Below are positions 25,088 through 37,740 of a stretch of DNA of 64,000 nt, piece by piece. The number at the start of each line of letters is the position of its first letter. Position 1 is the first letter of the stretch. The notes under the pieces were generated by a model. The model was given only the letters and a program-made list of their open reading frames with translations. It was not told the DNA's origin and did no database searches. This DNA comes from Azolla caroliniana (lineage: Eukaryota > Plantae > Polypodiophyta): assembly GCA_043228905.1 (NCBI GenBank), contig JBHGNT010000011.1, positions 14,260,001 through 14,324,000 on the forward strand, in the 5' to 3' direction. The position numbers and the translations under genes were made by a program.

Positions 25088-28000
25088 GGTAATGTATGCA
25101 TTACATACACACACGTGTGAATGGGATAGGTTAGACCATGGGAACCCCCGCTTACCCCATCACGTGCCGGCCCAAGCTTTCACCTCACTTCTAGAACCAA
25201 ACCGAGACCCCGAACTTGTGATGTGACCACGCCTCTCGCCCTTCTCGACTTCCTTCGCATCTGGAGGGGGGGGGGGGGGAGGAGGAGGAGGCACAAGTTT
25301 GGTCTGACTGAGCTTTAGTGTCCATCGTACTGAAAAACAGCTTAACTGAACCGAGGATTCGCAATGGTGGTGGTGGTGTCAACGTCGCAACACGACCATT
25401 GGTTGCCATCAACATAAAAGTGCATTGCTTCTTGCTTGGCAAAGTATTACTTATTGGAGTCACCTGGCTTTGGGCCACTTTCAAAATGAGTCCTCATACT
25501 AAACGCCATGCATGTTGATGTGATGTGAAATCACCTATCATCACAAAAGAAGTCGGGATGGTTAACTTCTTCAGATCTTGTCTTGCCTATAATGCCTAGG
25601 GCACAATTTTTGGGCAAACAAGAGAGGATAGTGCAGTACCCAATCAATAACATGAGATTGTTACATGGGCATCCGCACATTGTAATTGTTTACCACGTTT
25701 TACTTTGTGGTTGTCCCTTACTATATGGTCGAATTTATGAAATTGTCATGGATAGATTTGCATGTCGATAAACGAAGGATTGTCTACTTCCTTATGCATG
25801 GCATCCCAATTCACTCCCAAAATGACCCATGAGATGTGTTTAACTTGCCCATATTTGTGCTCACGACATTTTTTCTTCCCAAGCAAGGTGCATATATAAA
25901 GTTGCTTAAATAGAAAGAGTTCTTCCATACGTCCTACTATCCCTCTTCTATGCAATTGTTCAAGGGCTAGTGCACATTGCAAGTACACAAATTTTGGCAA
26001 TGTCACGTTGTCCAAGCTTGATACATTAGTATGTATGGTCAAAGAACCGGTGGTTCAATAATGGATTGCCTTCACATATTCATATATTGGTGGTAAGGTT
26101 CCAATTTGCACGTTGTCCAAATGTGCAAATAAGGGATTAGATGGCTCCTTACTGTATATAACCCACAATGTTTTCATTGTCTTATTTGATTCCTTTTTGT
26201 AACTTTAAACTTCCTTAGCCATTGATTGATCTTGATAAATGTGGTAGTTGACTATATCACAATCAATTAGATTAACAACCTTTTCTCTTTCTGAAATTGG
26301 AAATTAATTTCAAGTTGAGTGATACTCTATTTGTAATTAATTTTGCCATGATATTAGTGATTGTTCTCCATATGCTAATTATAGCAGTCATGGATGCGTG
26401 TCACCATTGAACGAGAATTCCCATGCTTAACATGGTTTAATTCCAAGGGAAGAAGAGCTCATGGCGAGTCTCCCTAGGAATTGTTTATCTCTAGGGTAGT
26501 AGTTCTAGCATTAGAACAATAAACTGTATCATAATGTATGTGAAACTATCCCCCCGTACAATCCCCACAAATGTGATGTAATAAGTTAATTCTTAGACAC
26601 ATGCTGGCATAGTTGTGATGTTTGTATTAGGTTCCATATATTTTCTTAAGGAATGTGCACACTAATGATTATGAATATGGTTGAAAAGTCTAGTTTCTTG
26701 ACTCTCACAATGTATTACAATCAATTGGATTGAGAAGTCTTCACCTTTGCTTCCTCTTTTTCTCGTGACAAAATTGCCAACAATGAACATGACAAAATTA
26801 CACCAAACACTTTTTTATCCATGGCTTGGAAACCTTTATAATTTGCATAATTAAAGAGAATGCATGAATACTGATACAAAATGTATGAACAAGTGATTGG
26901 CTAAAAAAGGTATAGGTGTTGATTACTTGTGTTAGGACTAGTAGCCTAGGAGTGGTCCTAATTCTGCATCTTCCCTGATTTGCCACCTCGGTCCTCAACC
27001 AAATGGGAAAAAGTCATTCATCTCATTTTTCGTGCAACCACAAAAATTGCACGTCATCAATGGAGATTTCTATCCAACCATTCAATCTATCTCATTCATA
27101 TGTAAACCAAATCTTTGAGCATTAGAATCACACAAGATTTCTATAGCACAAATGTCTAGAACCATCAAAAGCGAATAAGATCTCCAACAATATTTTGCAT
27201 TCAAATTTTGGTTGCACTTGTAAGTGCAAAAACTCTAGCTATTTAATTCTAGTACCCACAATAAAAAAATTTGAGCTCCTCCAATTTGCCCATTTCGTCT
27301 TCATTGCATAAAACTTAGAATAAACATAATCATCAACACTTAAATTATCTAAAAAATATGTAGCTATATTTTGACTCAACACACACCTATATCAAATCTT
27401 GAAGGTTTTACTCGCAAATGCATGCCAATACTTAATTATAATGAGCATTAGCATATTCACCTTGAAGGGCCTCTATGAAGCGGAGGAAGGTGTGAAAAAA
27501 CAACACAAACTTTCAAAGTCTCAAGTTGGGTCATGTGCAACCAACGGCATGACACATTGAAGTAAATTTGTTATCTCAACATATGAAACTAGGAACTTCC
27601 TAGAAAGAAGAAGGGGTAAGCATTTAACTTCAAAGTCCATTTGCGAGGATTTCCACAAAAGTGGACATGACATATTTACTTTTGTCAAGCCTTCTGAACA
27701 AATGTCTCTCATCACTTGCGAGGAATTCCACATAACACAAACATCAGAACAATTCCCTTTGTCAATCTTTCTAAATAAATGTCTCTACCTTTCTAGAGGC
27801 TGATTAGCACATGGGTATTCTCAAGCAACAAATGGACACTTTATTTTAAGTTGCAAGAAGCAAAGGCTTCTCTTTCGGCAAACATTGAAACATAAAAAAA
27901 ATCTCACCATGGTGTGTGCCATGTGAATTTCTGGGGTTAATATTGCGATTAATGTTAGATTTAGGTATTGTTACAACTATGGTGTCCTGGATAAGGTTAG

Positions 28001-28219
28001 GGTTAAGATTAGCACATGGTCTACTCAAGAGTTAGCTATTGACACAATGCACACACATGCACATGGAAAATTCATTCGGCCTTATATTGGATTTAATCAT
28101 CTTCTCCTACAATGGATTTAATCATCTTTATTTGGATAGAAAAGATCTACACAATGAATAATAACAATGTCAATATTGACAGGTCCCAATGCAAACTGAA
28201 ATGAAAGAATAGATCAGTA

Positions 28220-31200
28220 TCAAGCCGCCTCAAAAAGGTTGAAGTGAATTCGCCGACTTCTTTTTCGCCTCTCCCATACAAGTTCCCTCGGATATTGTTT
28301 CCTCGTAATGTCAGCAGCAACATGAGCTGAAAAGGGTATCAAACAACCCAAAAACACCTTTACATGAATCTTAGGCAAGAGATTGTCTTAACAGATTCAG
28401 CTAGAATTTTGACAGAAGGATTGCACTTACATTCTTCATGTTCTCTGGCCAAAGCTTCCCTTGCTATGTCTTCCCACTCCTCTACACAGGAATATTGTAT
28501 CCCCATCCCAACACTCAACCCACGTAAGATCTGTACTGTTCGCATAACGAAAAAAAGTTCTTTCGGAAAACTCTGCAGCAAAAGACCAATCCCCACTCAA
28601 TATTGGTAAGTGTGAACACGTGCAATATGCACTTTCTTGTCCCTTTGGTAAACCTTTAAATATAAGGATTATGCTGCAAGTGTAACCTATGTGTGTGTGC
28701 GCCATATAAATGGGTATTGAGTGTGTGTTTCATATGAATTGGCCTCCTTAATTTCATGTGAGTGCATGCTTATCTATAAAAGCCTATATAACGTAGAGAA
28801 TAATACCAAGATGGCATGAACCTGTTGGGTATTTACCAGATACAGTTTTTAAAAATTATAATGATACCTCTTTGTAATATCAACTTCTGTACTATAGAGG
28901 GTGTTGTGGTAATTATTGACAAACTTGGGGGTGTTTATTTCCCCTAAAATTCAAAGCTTCAATCATGGACAATTCAATACAGTTTCATGTGTTTCAAGAG
29001 AAATATTCAATTACCATTAATTCATCATATTTTACATTTATAGACAACAAAAAGCTCGTTGTCATAAGAATGGAATTATAAAAACTCACCTCCACCGGCA
29101 CCTTGTTCAATGTAGAATTCTTCCCAAAGGGAGCAGCTTTTGTGGCATTGTTGGGTAATTTTGTATCAAACATTCCATATGCAATTCTTTGAAACGTATC
29201 CTGGTCTGCTTCTACATTTTTGCCAAGAACAAGTCCAAGCTTTCTATAGAAAAACAAAACATTCAAAATGTGTTAGGTAAGACATTAATATAGGAAGTTC
29301 TAAAGACACATTTATGAAGAATCTCTACTTGAAGCATCGTGCAATCTCGAAAGGGTTTCTTGCATTAAGAGCCAGAACCAGATTTGCATAGTCAAGCCTC
29401 AAGCTGGTTGAGAATTCCTTTACTTGTCCATAGTCAAGCAGTGCAATCTGAACATTCATATCAAAATCACCAATTGAAAAATTATACTGAATAAAACAAA
29501 ATTAGATTTGGTAACAAACAATAATATCACGCCTTTCCATTCTTGTTGATCAGAATATTTCCCGGGTGAGGGTCTGCATGGAAAAAGCCTTCTTTTAAAA
29601 TCATATGACCATATGCTGCAGTCAGATCCCGAAGAATGTTCCTGCATAAGTATTTTTATTATTAATGATGAGAAACACATTTAATGTAACGATGATTCCT
29701 AATCGTGTTGGTTGATTCCTACTGTTCAAAGTTACAACTTTCATTAGAACCATGAATGGATTCTCCATAGAATCAATTACTTAAATTTAACCTATCCAAT
29801 AAAAAAATGTACCAGGAATCAGTTACAAGCAGCATGACATATTTCCTCATTTCTAGTCCATTTTAAATGCTCCATTTGTGAATCTAAACAATCATTCCTC
29901 CAGTCCCAGAGCCTGGTGACAACATTTTATCTCCTTGAACGTCACAGAGAATAACTTCAGTAAGCAAGATGATGTATCATTTGAAGTTCTATGACATCAA
30001 CAATAGTCAACCAATACTTACCAAGGTTCATCAACCATTCAAAAAATCCTCTTCTAAATTTTCCAGGGAATTAAAATTTTAATCTCAGACAAACAGAGAC
30101 TATGACATAAACATCCACGTGTGTGTGTGTGTGTGTGTGTGTCGAATACAGACATTAATGATTGAATGTGACGCTGATTGAGAATCCATGACACTTTGAA
30201 AAGATATGTCCAATGCTTCTAATTGAGAAATGACAACATAAACAGGAACAGAAGGATGATCTTGGTTTCATAGCTAATTTCTGGATGAGATATTATATGG
30301 GATAATGACATTCAGGTATATGGGTTTGCTAGAAAAGGATGAGGTCATAAATATGAATGATTTGCAATTATACATAGCAAAATTCATAGATATGGTACAC
30401 TCATTCCAGAAAATAACAATTTAATGGCGTGAACCTTGTTTTTCTGAAATGCAGCTCTATCCCCTCCATGATATTCTTAAGATATTGTAACATACCTTTT
30501 GGCTAGTCTTGCCACTCCAGTATTTGGATTGATACCTCTCTTGGCCATCTCTTCACCAAGCTTTAGAATTGGAGTTCCTTCCATGAACTGCATGATCAAA
30601 ACTCGCCTAGAAATAAATGTTAAAACAATTGAATCTCTACACATGTTTGAAAAAAACTAAACACTAAGATAGTAAAAATGAGACAGAGAGAGAGAGAGAG
30701 ACGGACATACCTTGTAACAAAGTTTGGAATAGGCCTCGGTATCAACACCGGTAGTTCCTTTTCCTTTTTATATGAAGAAAATGAATTTGCTATCCGATCC
30801 ATTGACCTTGCTTCTCTCTCAAAATCAAACTCTAAGCCAACCTGAAATGAATAGCTCAATATTATACAAACTAACAAGTATAACCTTGCCATACTGACAG
30901 ATAACTTCCAAATGCATATTTCCACTCATACAAATGGTTTAATAAGATTAACTGTGCGAACTGCACATTTTGACCCATACCTAGACTTCATTATCATGAA
31001 ACTTCAAGCATGAGACCAAAAAGAATGAGGACTAAATCGCATCAATTTTCTTTTATTGTTTCTATCCTATCTCTCTTTCAACTAGTAAGCCAGACCCATT
31101 TCACAGGTTTAGGGTTTACAGGTTTCTACCCTATCTCGCTTTCAACTAGTAAGCCAAACCCATTTTACAGGTTCAGCACCCAGATAGGCAGACACACCTT

Positions 31201-32665
31201 GATAGTAGAATAAAACAAAAAAACAAAAATGCATGGAGATTATTAGAGAGTAGACCTGTTCTTCGAGCTCATCAATAACTGATAGCAAGTCAAACTTCAA
31301 ATCAAAGCGTTGCAAAAAAGCAGCAAATGTTCGAAGATTACGGATATCTGTCATCATTAGTTCCTCAGCACCAGGATGTTGAACCTGCTTCAAGAACTCT
31401 GAAAATATATCTCTCTCATTGTAAGATGCATTAAATGTTGGGGGTCTCATATCCCATTTTGGCTTCTTAGATACGTCAGTATATATTTTTCTTTCTCTAG
31501 CCTTCCGCCATGTACTCTGCAGTTATAGCTCTATGCATTGATATTGTATCTTCACTAGTATATTATCTATCTCTAGGTTCCCACATTTTTGGAAATAATC
31601 TCTCTACTCTTATACTTTGTACTCGAATTCTTGTCTCCAGCTTGAGAATACATATATTATTTGACTTTTCTTTGACTTTTAACCTGTGATACATATCACA
31701 TCTGATAAATTTAGTGTGTCATGTGATACATATCACATCTGATATTTTTGTGGGATTCAAACCCTACCTTATACCTGCGTGAATTCACTTGGACGCATGG
31801 AAAATGAAGATCAAAGTTGGATAAACTGAACCACAAAAAAGATAAAAATTCCTAAACTCGAGCGTTGCAGTGCTCTAATTTAATAATCTGCCATGGCAAG
31901 ATGCAATCTAGTTTTTACTCTGTTTTTTGACCTCTTGTGTACATATGCCTTGTTTTTGGCATTCTCTTTCATGACCATAATCCTCTTAATGTGGACTCTA
32001 TGTTAGCAGCTACCTTTACAATGAATATCAGGGATCCACGGCTTCACCAATTACACCCTTTTTTGGTTTTAAAAATGTTAATGGCACCATGTCCTAGTTA
32101 TTTTATACAATTGACTTAGCACGTTGAGTGAGATTTAATAGAACTAAAATGCAAAACATACCTTTACTGCTACATCATTTTTTGCACCTTTAATCCTTGC
32201 CCGATGTACCTACAAACTTTGAGAATTTTCAGCATCACATGTATGCCTCCGTAGATTCGTTTAATTATATGCAATATTGGAATTTATTATTACCCATATT
32301 GAGATTTTAATAAACCTGAGCAATAGATGCAGAGCCAATAGGTTCTTCTTGAAATTGTTCGAACATGTCTTCAATCTTAAGGTTAAATTCATGCTCAAAG
32401 ATGTATTTGACATTTGGAAATGGAGTTATTGGTGCGGCATCACATAGTGTTACAAGTCTCTTCACCCAAGCATTTGGGGCCAAGTCTGGTTTGCCTATTA
32501 ATTGAGCTATCTGCATGATATGATCATTATAATATACCATAATCCAAACTACATTGTATAAAACGAATAAGCTAGACGTACCAAAATAACTCTCAATTTT
32601 CATGAAATTCACTAATAATCCCTCGTATTTGCAAACTTTCCTCAAATAAAGCTCATTTTTCACAA

Positions 32666-32715
<50 letters not shown>

Positions 32716-33328
32716 GAAATTCTTAGACAGATCCTTTTCAAATAACACCAAAGTATGATTATGATTCAATCCAGTCCCTTTTCAAAACAAGAAATGGGTC
32801 TTTAATGGCTACAATCATTCATGCAAACTAAAAAAACACATATTGCAATAACCTATTCATGTTTTATGTAATTTGCACACCTTGAGAAAGAACCCTCCGA
32901 GGTCTGAGCATAAAGAATAAACTTTCTCAGCTCCCCATTCATGTTGATCTGCCCAAACTTCCTCCTCTTTTTCCTTGCTTAGAAATTGGGTATACAATTG
33001 ACATTTCTGTTCAAAAGAACGAAATTGCTCTTTCTATCTCTACACACGCACCCTCACATAAATAAATAAATGTAGGTGATATCAAATAATTCAATTGGCT
33101 TGTTTCTGGTTCTACAGATATCCTATATGCATAGCCTTTCGAGAGAAAATAGCAAAAAACAGACTATGAAAGATGAGAAAACAACAAAATAAAAATAAGA
33201 CCAAAGATTACTTTGTAACTGGTGTAGATGTTGATGGCCCGTGTCCAGAATTGAAAAGTCCTATCCAATGGCTTCTGTTGGTGGGTCATTCTTCTGCTGA
33301 AAAGAGAACGCCCTGCTTCTTCCGTCAT
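28220..33328 (-). CDS. ABC1/UbiB-family atypical kinase (ABC1K10-like), multi-exon
   Basis: ATG 33328 MTEEAGRSLF...RTFQFWTRAINIYTSYK; LCSDLGGFFLK; IAQLIGKPDLAPNAWVKRLVTLCDAAP...PIGSASIAQ; VHRAR...DVAVK/VQHPG; EFDFEREARSM; FFHADPHPGNIL; IALLDYGQVK; FPKELFFVMRTVQILRGLS; stop TGA 28220-28222. Confidence 0.9.
30118..30142. repeat. (GT)n microsatellite in ABC1K intron
   Basis: Direct reading. Confidence 0.9.
32667..32712. repeat. (CT)n microsatellite in ABC1K intron
   Basis: Direct reading. Confidence 0.9.
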
Positions 33329-33459
33329 TCTTCTAAGTTCTAAAGGATATTCAACATAACTATAAAGACAAAGATGATGAAGCTGAAAAGGGTTAAAAGA
33401 AGGAGAAGCAGGGGATTGGAATTGTATGGAGAACTATGTGCTAATCCTGCACACACAAA

Positions 33460-33497
33460 AAGAAGAAGAAGAAGAAGAAGAAGAAAAAGAAGAAGAA
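33460..33497. repeat. (AAG)n microsatellite in the ABC1K 5' region
   Basis: Direct reading. Confidence 0.9.
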
Positions 33498-34951
33498 AGG
33501 TTGTGATTTGCTTACCACCTTTCCCCGTGGGGCACACATGGCTCTACCAATCAAGCATGATGTCCGACGGACACATTATGTGATGATGGGGGACATGTGT
33601 GGCTTTCCTTGCTAAAGGCTCTCTGGAAATGTGGCTTTCCTTGCTAAGGACTCTCCACATGTGCCCCGAGGCCACTCGGACCCGATGACTATCTTGGGCC
33701 TAAGCATGCGAACATACACCTCGCTCGTTGTTAGGATCGAGGAGGTCACATTATGGGACTCTCTCTGCCCTGCTAGCTTGAGGCACGGTTTGTCAGTGAA
33801 ATATGTCCACTATTGGAGCCAATTTGTATGGCTTGCCTGTCGTTGATAATGGCCTTCAACTCTAGCCCACACATGTCCTATGCAAGAGATAATCGAGAAT
33901 GCCCATTCCAACATGCAAGTTTGTATCGTTATTGAACCCATAGATATGTCGTATCAGAGCATTCATAAGGTATATTGCTCCACCCTAATATTACATTTTC
34001 TCATGGCACCTAGCGTGTGCATAAAGGTTTGCATTTTCCAAGCCCTGTGACTCAATGACCACTTGTGAAACTCGGCTAATGGTTGGAATATCCACATCTC
34101 CCCAATTGTGTCCTTGTTAGAAGTATTCCAACCATAATAAAGAACCCCAATCCATCCGCACGAGCATCGAGTTGCTTTTGCCATAAGTGTATCAACAAAA
34201 CAAAGTATGTATCTTTAGATCAACCAAAAGGAACAATTTCGCTTGACATGAACTTGTATGTCTTGCCCATTTGATTGAGATAGTGCATATATGTGTATTT
34301 CTTTTGGGTTGATATTTTTTTTTTAGCTTTCCCTTAAACATCACAAGTTTGCTACTCCACGCAAAGTTCTATAAATATGACAACACATATCAACGCCATT
34401 TTAAAGGATGGCGTCAATTTGGGGTAATATTTCATCTCAAAAAGACTATAAGTAATGATCTACAACTTTTTGAACGCAACATACTTCATTAGGATGGAGC
34501 AACATAAATGTGATTTGAACCACACCCATAAAACTTGTTGAATATTTCCTTGCTCATTCAGAGTGATGTCATTAACACTAAATCAACACATGCAACATTA
34601 ATATGTTAGTTTGTCACTTAAAAAAATGGACAATCATATATGTTCTATTATCTAAGCAAAAACATTTTTCTCTCACCACATATGACCATATTAACAATTG
34701 AACAAGTTATGCAAGCTTCTTAAACCAACCTCTAATTGACTAAGGATGGACTTCAAACTTATCAATAAGGACCATAGAGAAGTATACAATAACCTATAGC
34801 TCTTCAAACATGGCAAACTTCATCAGTTAGAGTAATACAAATGCCTCTTTAACCAAACCCAAAGGCTCCTTTGTTATTTCTTTTTCACTAATAAAAATCA
34901 CAGTCACCAATGAGAAAATTACACAAATATATTAAATTAACTTATTCATAA

Positions 34952-35416
34952 TATTAGAGATTAGGTACTAAAGTAAGCATAAAATAAGGATATATCAATG
35001 ATAGATCTAGAAAGAATAGAGAGAAAAGAGAGAAAGAAGGGTGCCGATCCACCCGACCACCCCCGAGCGAAGGGATTGAGACGGACTCGAGCCTCGATCG
35101 GCGTCCCATACCACCGCCTTGGCGTCGAGTCGTACCTGGACGATAGCGCGCTTGCTACAAGAGTCGTTCCACTCACGGACAGAGTCTCGACGTAGTCAAT
35201 GCATGCCCCAATGAGGGTAGCTAGGCCTCTTATTTATAGTAATTCTCAAGGCCCCCAGCCATGTTCACACTTGGCCTCATGGGTTGTCTCAATCCCGAGG
35301 ATTAAAAGTAATCCTCCCCTTCTTTAGACTCTTTGTTTAACCCTCACACTTATCCACGTGTATAGAATACTACGACAATTCTCACCACGGGCTATTATAT
35401 GGTCATGCCCGTAACA
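34952..35416 (-). repeat. 3' LTR of the chromovirus
   Basis: Minus strand TGTTACGGG...CTCTAATA; TATAAATA box on minus near 35231-35238; adjacent to the PPT. Confidence 0.95.
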
Positions 35417-37740
35417 TACTCCCCCTCTTTAAAACATTGCACTCTTGCAATGGAAAGTTAGGGAAGTTAGTTCTGAGAGTCGTTTCGCGTTCCCATGTGG
35501 CATCTTTGATTGATTTATCCATCCATTTTATTTTAAATTCTCGGATTTCCTTAGCACGTAATTTTTTTGTTTTAACATCGAGAATTCTTTCTGGTACATG
35601 TGGTTTAGAAGATAAATCTTCAGAAGTAACCAGAGTTTCAGTTGTAACTGTATTGTCGCCAGAACCTAGAAGTTCTTTTAGACGACTTACATGAAAGACT
35701 GGATGGATTCCAACACCATCGGGAAGAGCGAGACGATAGGCTGATGATCCAATGCGTTTGAGGACTGTAAAAGGTCCACAAAACCGTGGGGCTAACTTAG
35801 CGCACTTACCCGTAGACAATGTCTTAGAATTGTGAGGTACACGTAAAAATACCTTCTGTCCAGGGCTGAATACACGAGGTTGCCTGTGATGATCGGCATA
35901 AAAACGCGCTCTATCTTGAGCTGTTTTTATATTATCCCGTGCAATATGCAACATATCTTGCATATCCCGAAGAAAGTTTTGCGTACTTCGCAACTCATCA
36001 TGATGTATATTAACATCAATCGGGGCTCGTGGCTGAAATCCATACATCAACATAAAAGGACTATATCCCGTCGACGTATGCTTGGAGCTGTTATAAGCAA
36101 ACTCCAAAATTGGGAGGTAACGTTCCCATTTTGTTGGTTTTGCACCAACGTATGCTCGAAGCATGTCCTCAATAATTTGATTTACTCGTTCTGTCTGTCC
36201 ATCGGATTGAGGATGATCCGTGGAGCTCATGCTCAACGTAGTTTCTAACTTCTTAAAGACTTGCGTCCAGAAGTCACTAGTAAACTTCGGATCTCGGTCA
36301 CTCACGATATCCATCGGTAACCCGTAAAAACGAAATAACTCATCAACGAATTGGTAAGCCAATTCAGGAGCTGTTACCGTGGTTTTAGTAGCAATAAATC
36401 TGGCCATTTTAGTTAGTTTGTCAACCACAACCCATATGGCATCATGACCTTTTTGGGTGCGAGGAAGGCTAACAATAAAATCCATGGATATACTTTCCCA
36501 CTTATTATTGGGAATGTCCAAGGGATGTAAAAGTCCTGCGGCTTTAAGTCGCTCGGCTTTGTTAACCTGACATTGGTGACATTTAGTCACATAGCTATAT
36601 ATGTCAGGACGCATCTTAGGCCAATAAAATTGAGTGGAGATGAGAACGAGTGTACGATGTATTCCAGGGTGCCCTGCTGAGGGTGCATCATGGCATTCAA
36701 AAAGAATTCTCTTTTTGACCTCAGGTAAATCTGGAACACAAACCTTCCCATTACGGTAGAGCAGACCGTTAGCAATGTGGAAGTATTCCTTCGAGGGTGT
36801 GGTGGTGTCTGTTCCAGACTCGACTCTTGCCCAGTATTTTGCAAAATAATTGTCATCAGGATACTTTCCTCGAAGGTGATCATAAAGATCTGATGTTATT
36901 TCAGTGAAGCTAAGCATGTTAACTTCACGGATGCGACTTAGTGCATCAGCGACAGTATTCATGGAACCTTTACGATATCGTATGGAAAAATCAAAGTCCT
37001 GGATGAGATCAGCCCATCGTGCCTTACGACCTTTCAGGTCTTGTTGGTCACAAAAATATTTCAAGGACTCGTGGTCCGTAGTTACCACAAAGCGATTTCC
37101 ATAAAGATAATGGCGCCATGTTTTGAGCGCATGTATAACCGCAAATAATTCCTTTTCTTGAACGGTATACCGACATTGAGCAGAATCAAGTTTCTTACTC
37201 TCGAATGCTATTGGTTTACCATCTTGATACAAGACAGCACCTATAGCATAATCGCTTGCGTCGGTTTCAACCTCAAAAGGTTTTGAAGGATCGGGTAAAA
37301 GAAGTGAAGGAGCCTTGCATACCAAGTCCTTGAGTTCCTTAAAGGCGAGGTCTAGTGTAGCATTCCACACAATAGGTTTTGTAGACTTACGCGTTTGACC
37401 TTTTAGAAGATCAGTAAACGGCGTCGTCAATTGTGAGTAACTACGAAGAGATTTTCGCAAAAATCCGACAAAACCAAGGAATGATCGAACTTCTCGAATA
37501 TTCCGAAGAGTGGGCCAAAGCTTGATTTTCTCGATGCGAGAAGGATCAATTTCAACTCCTCGTTCGGTTATGAGATGTCCAAGATAAGTAATTGATTTCT
37601 TGAAGAACTCACATTTTGAGATCTTCGCGTAAAATTGTTTGTCACGCAATATTTGTAAAACAAAGCGGACATGTCTAGCATGTTCTTGTAATGTATGGCT
37701 ATAAACTAAAATATCATCTAAGAAGATAACGACAAATTTT
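35403..37740 (-). CDS. pol: Gypsy pol 3' part: RT C-half, RNase H, integrase, chromodomain
   Basis: VVIFLDDIL (upstream of the listed ORF start, same frame), [21 protein letters not shown]...CHQC, SMDFI...SDRD...[21 protein letters not shown]...KIKW...DATWE. Confidence 0.93.

Noticed and set aside
24981-25226. Poly-Met/poly-Val ORF
   Set aside because: Product of the (ATG)n(GTG)n microsatellite.
25263-25291. G-run/GGA repeat as a functional G-quadruplex upstream of PDS5
   Set aside because: Simple homopolymer/microsatellite of uncertain length; nothing beyond motif potential.
25550-28050. Possible decayed transposon coding remnants between PDS5 and ABC1K
   Set aside because: No motif, termini or TSD I can support by eye.
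34961-35195. Small ORFs duplicated at 41543-41777
   Set aside because: They lie within the LTRs; duplication reflects LTR identity and there is no recognisable motif.
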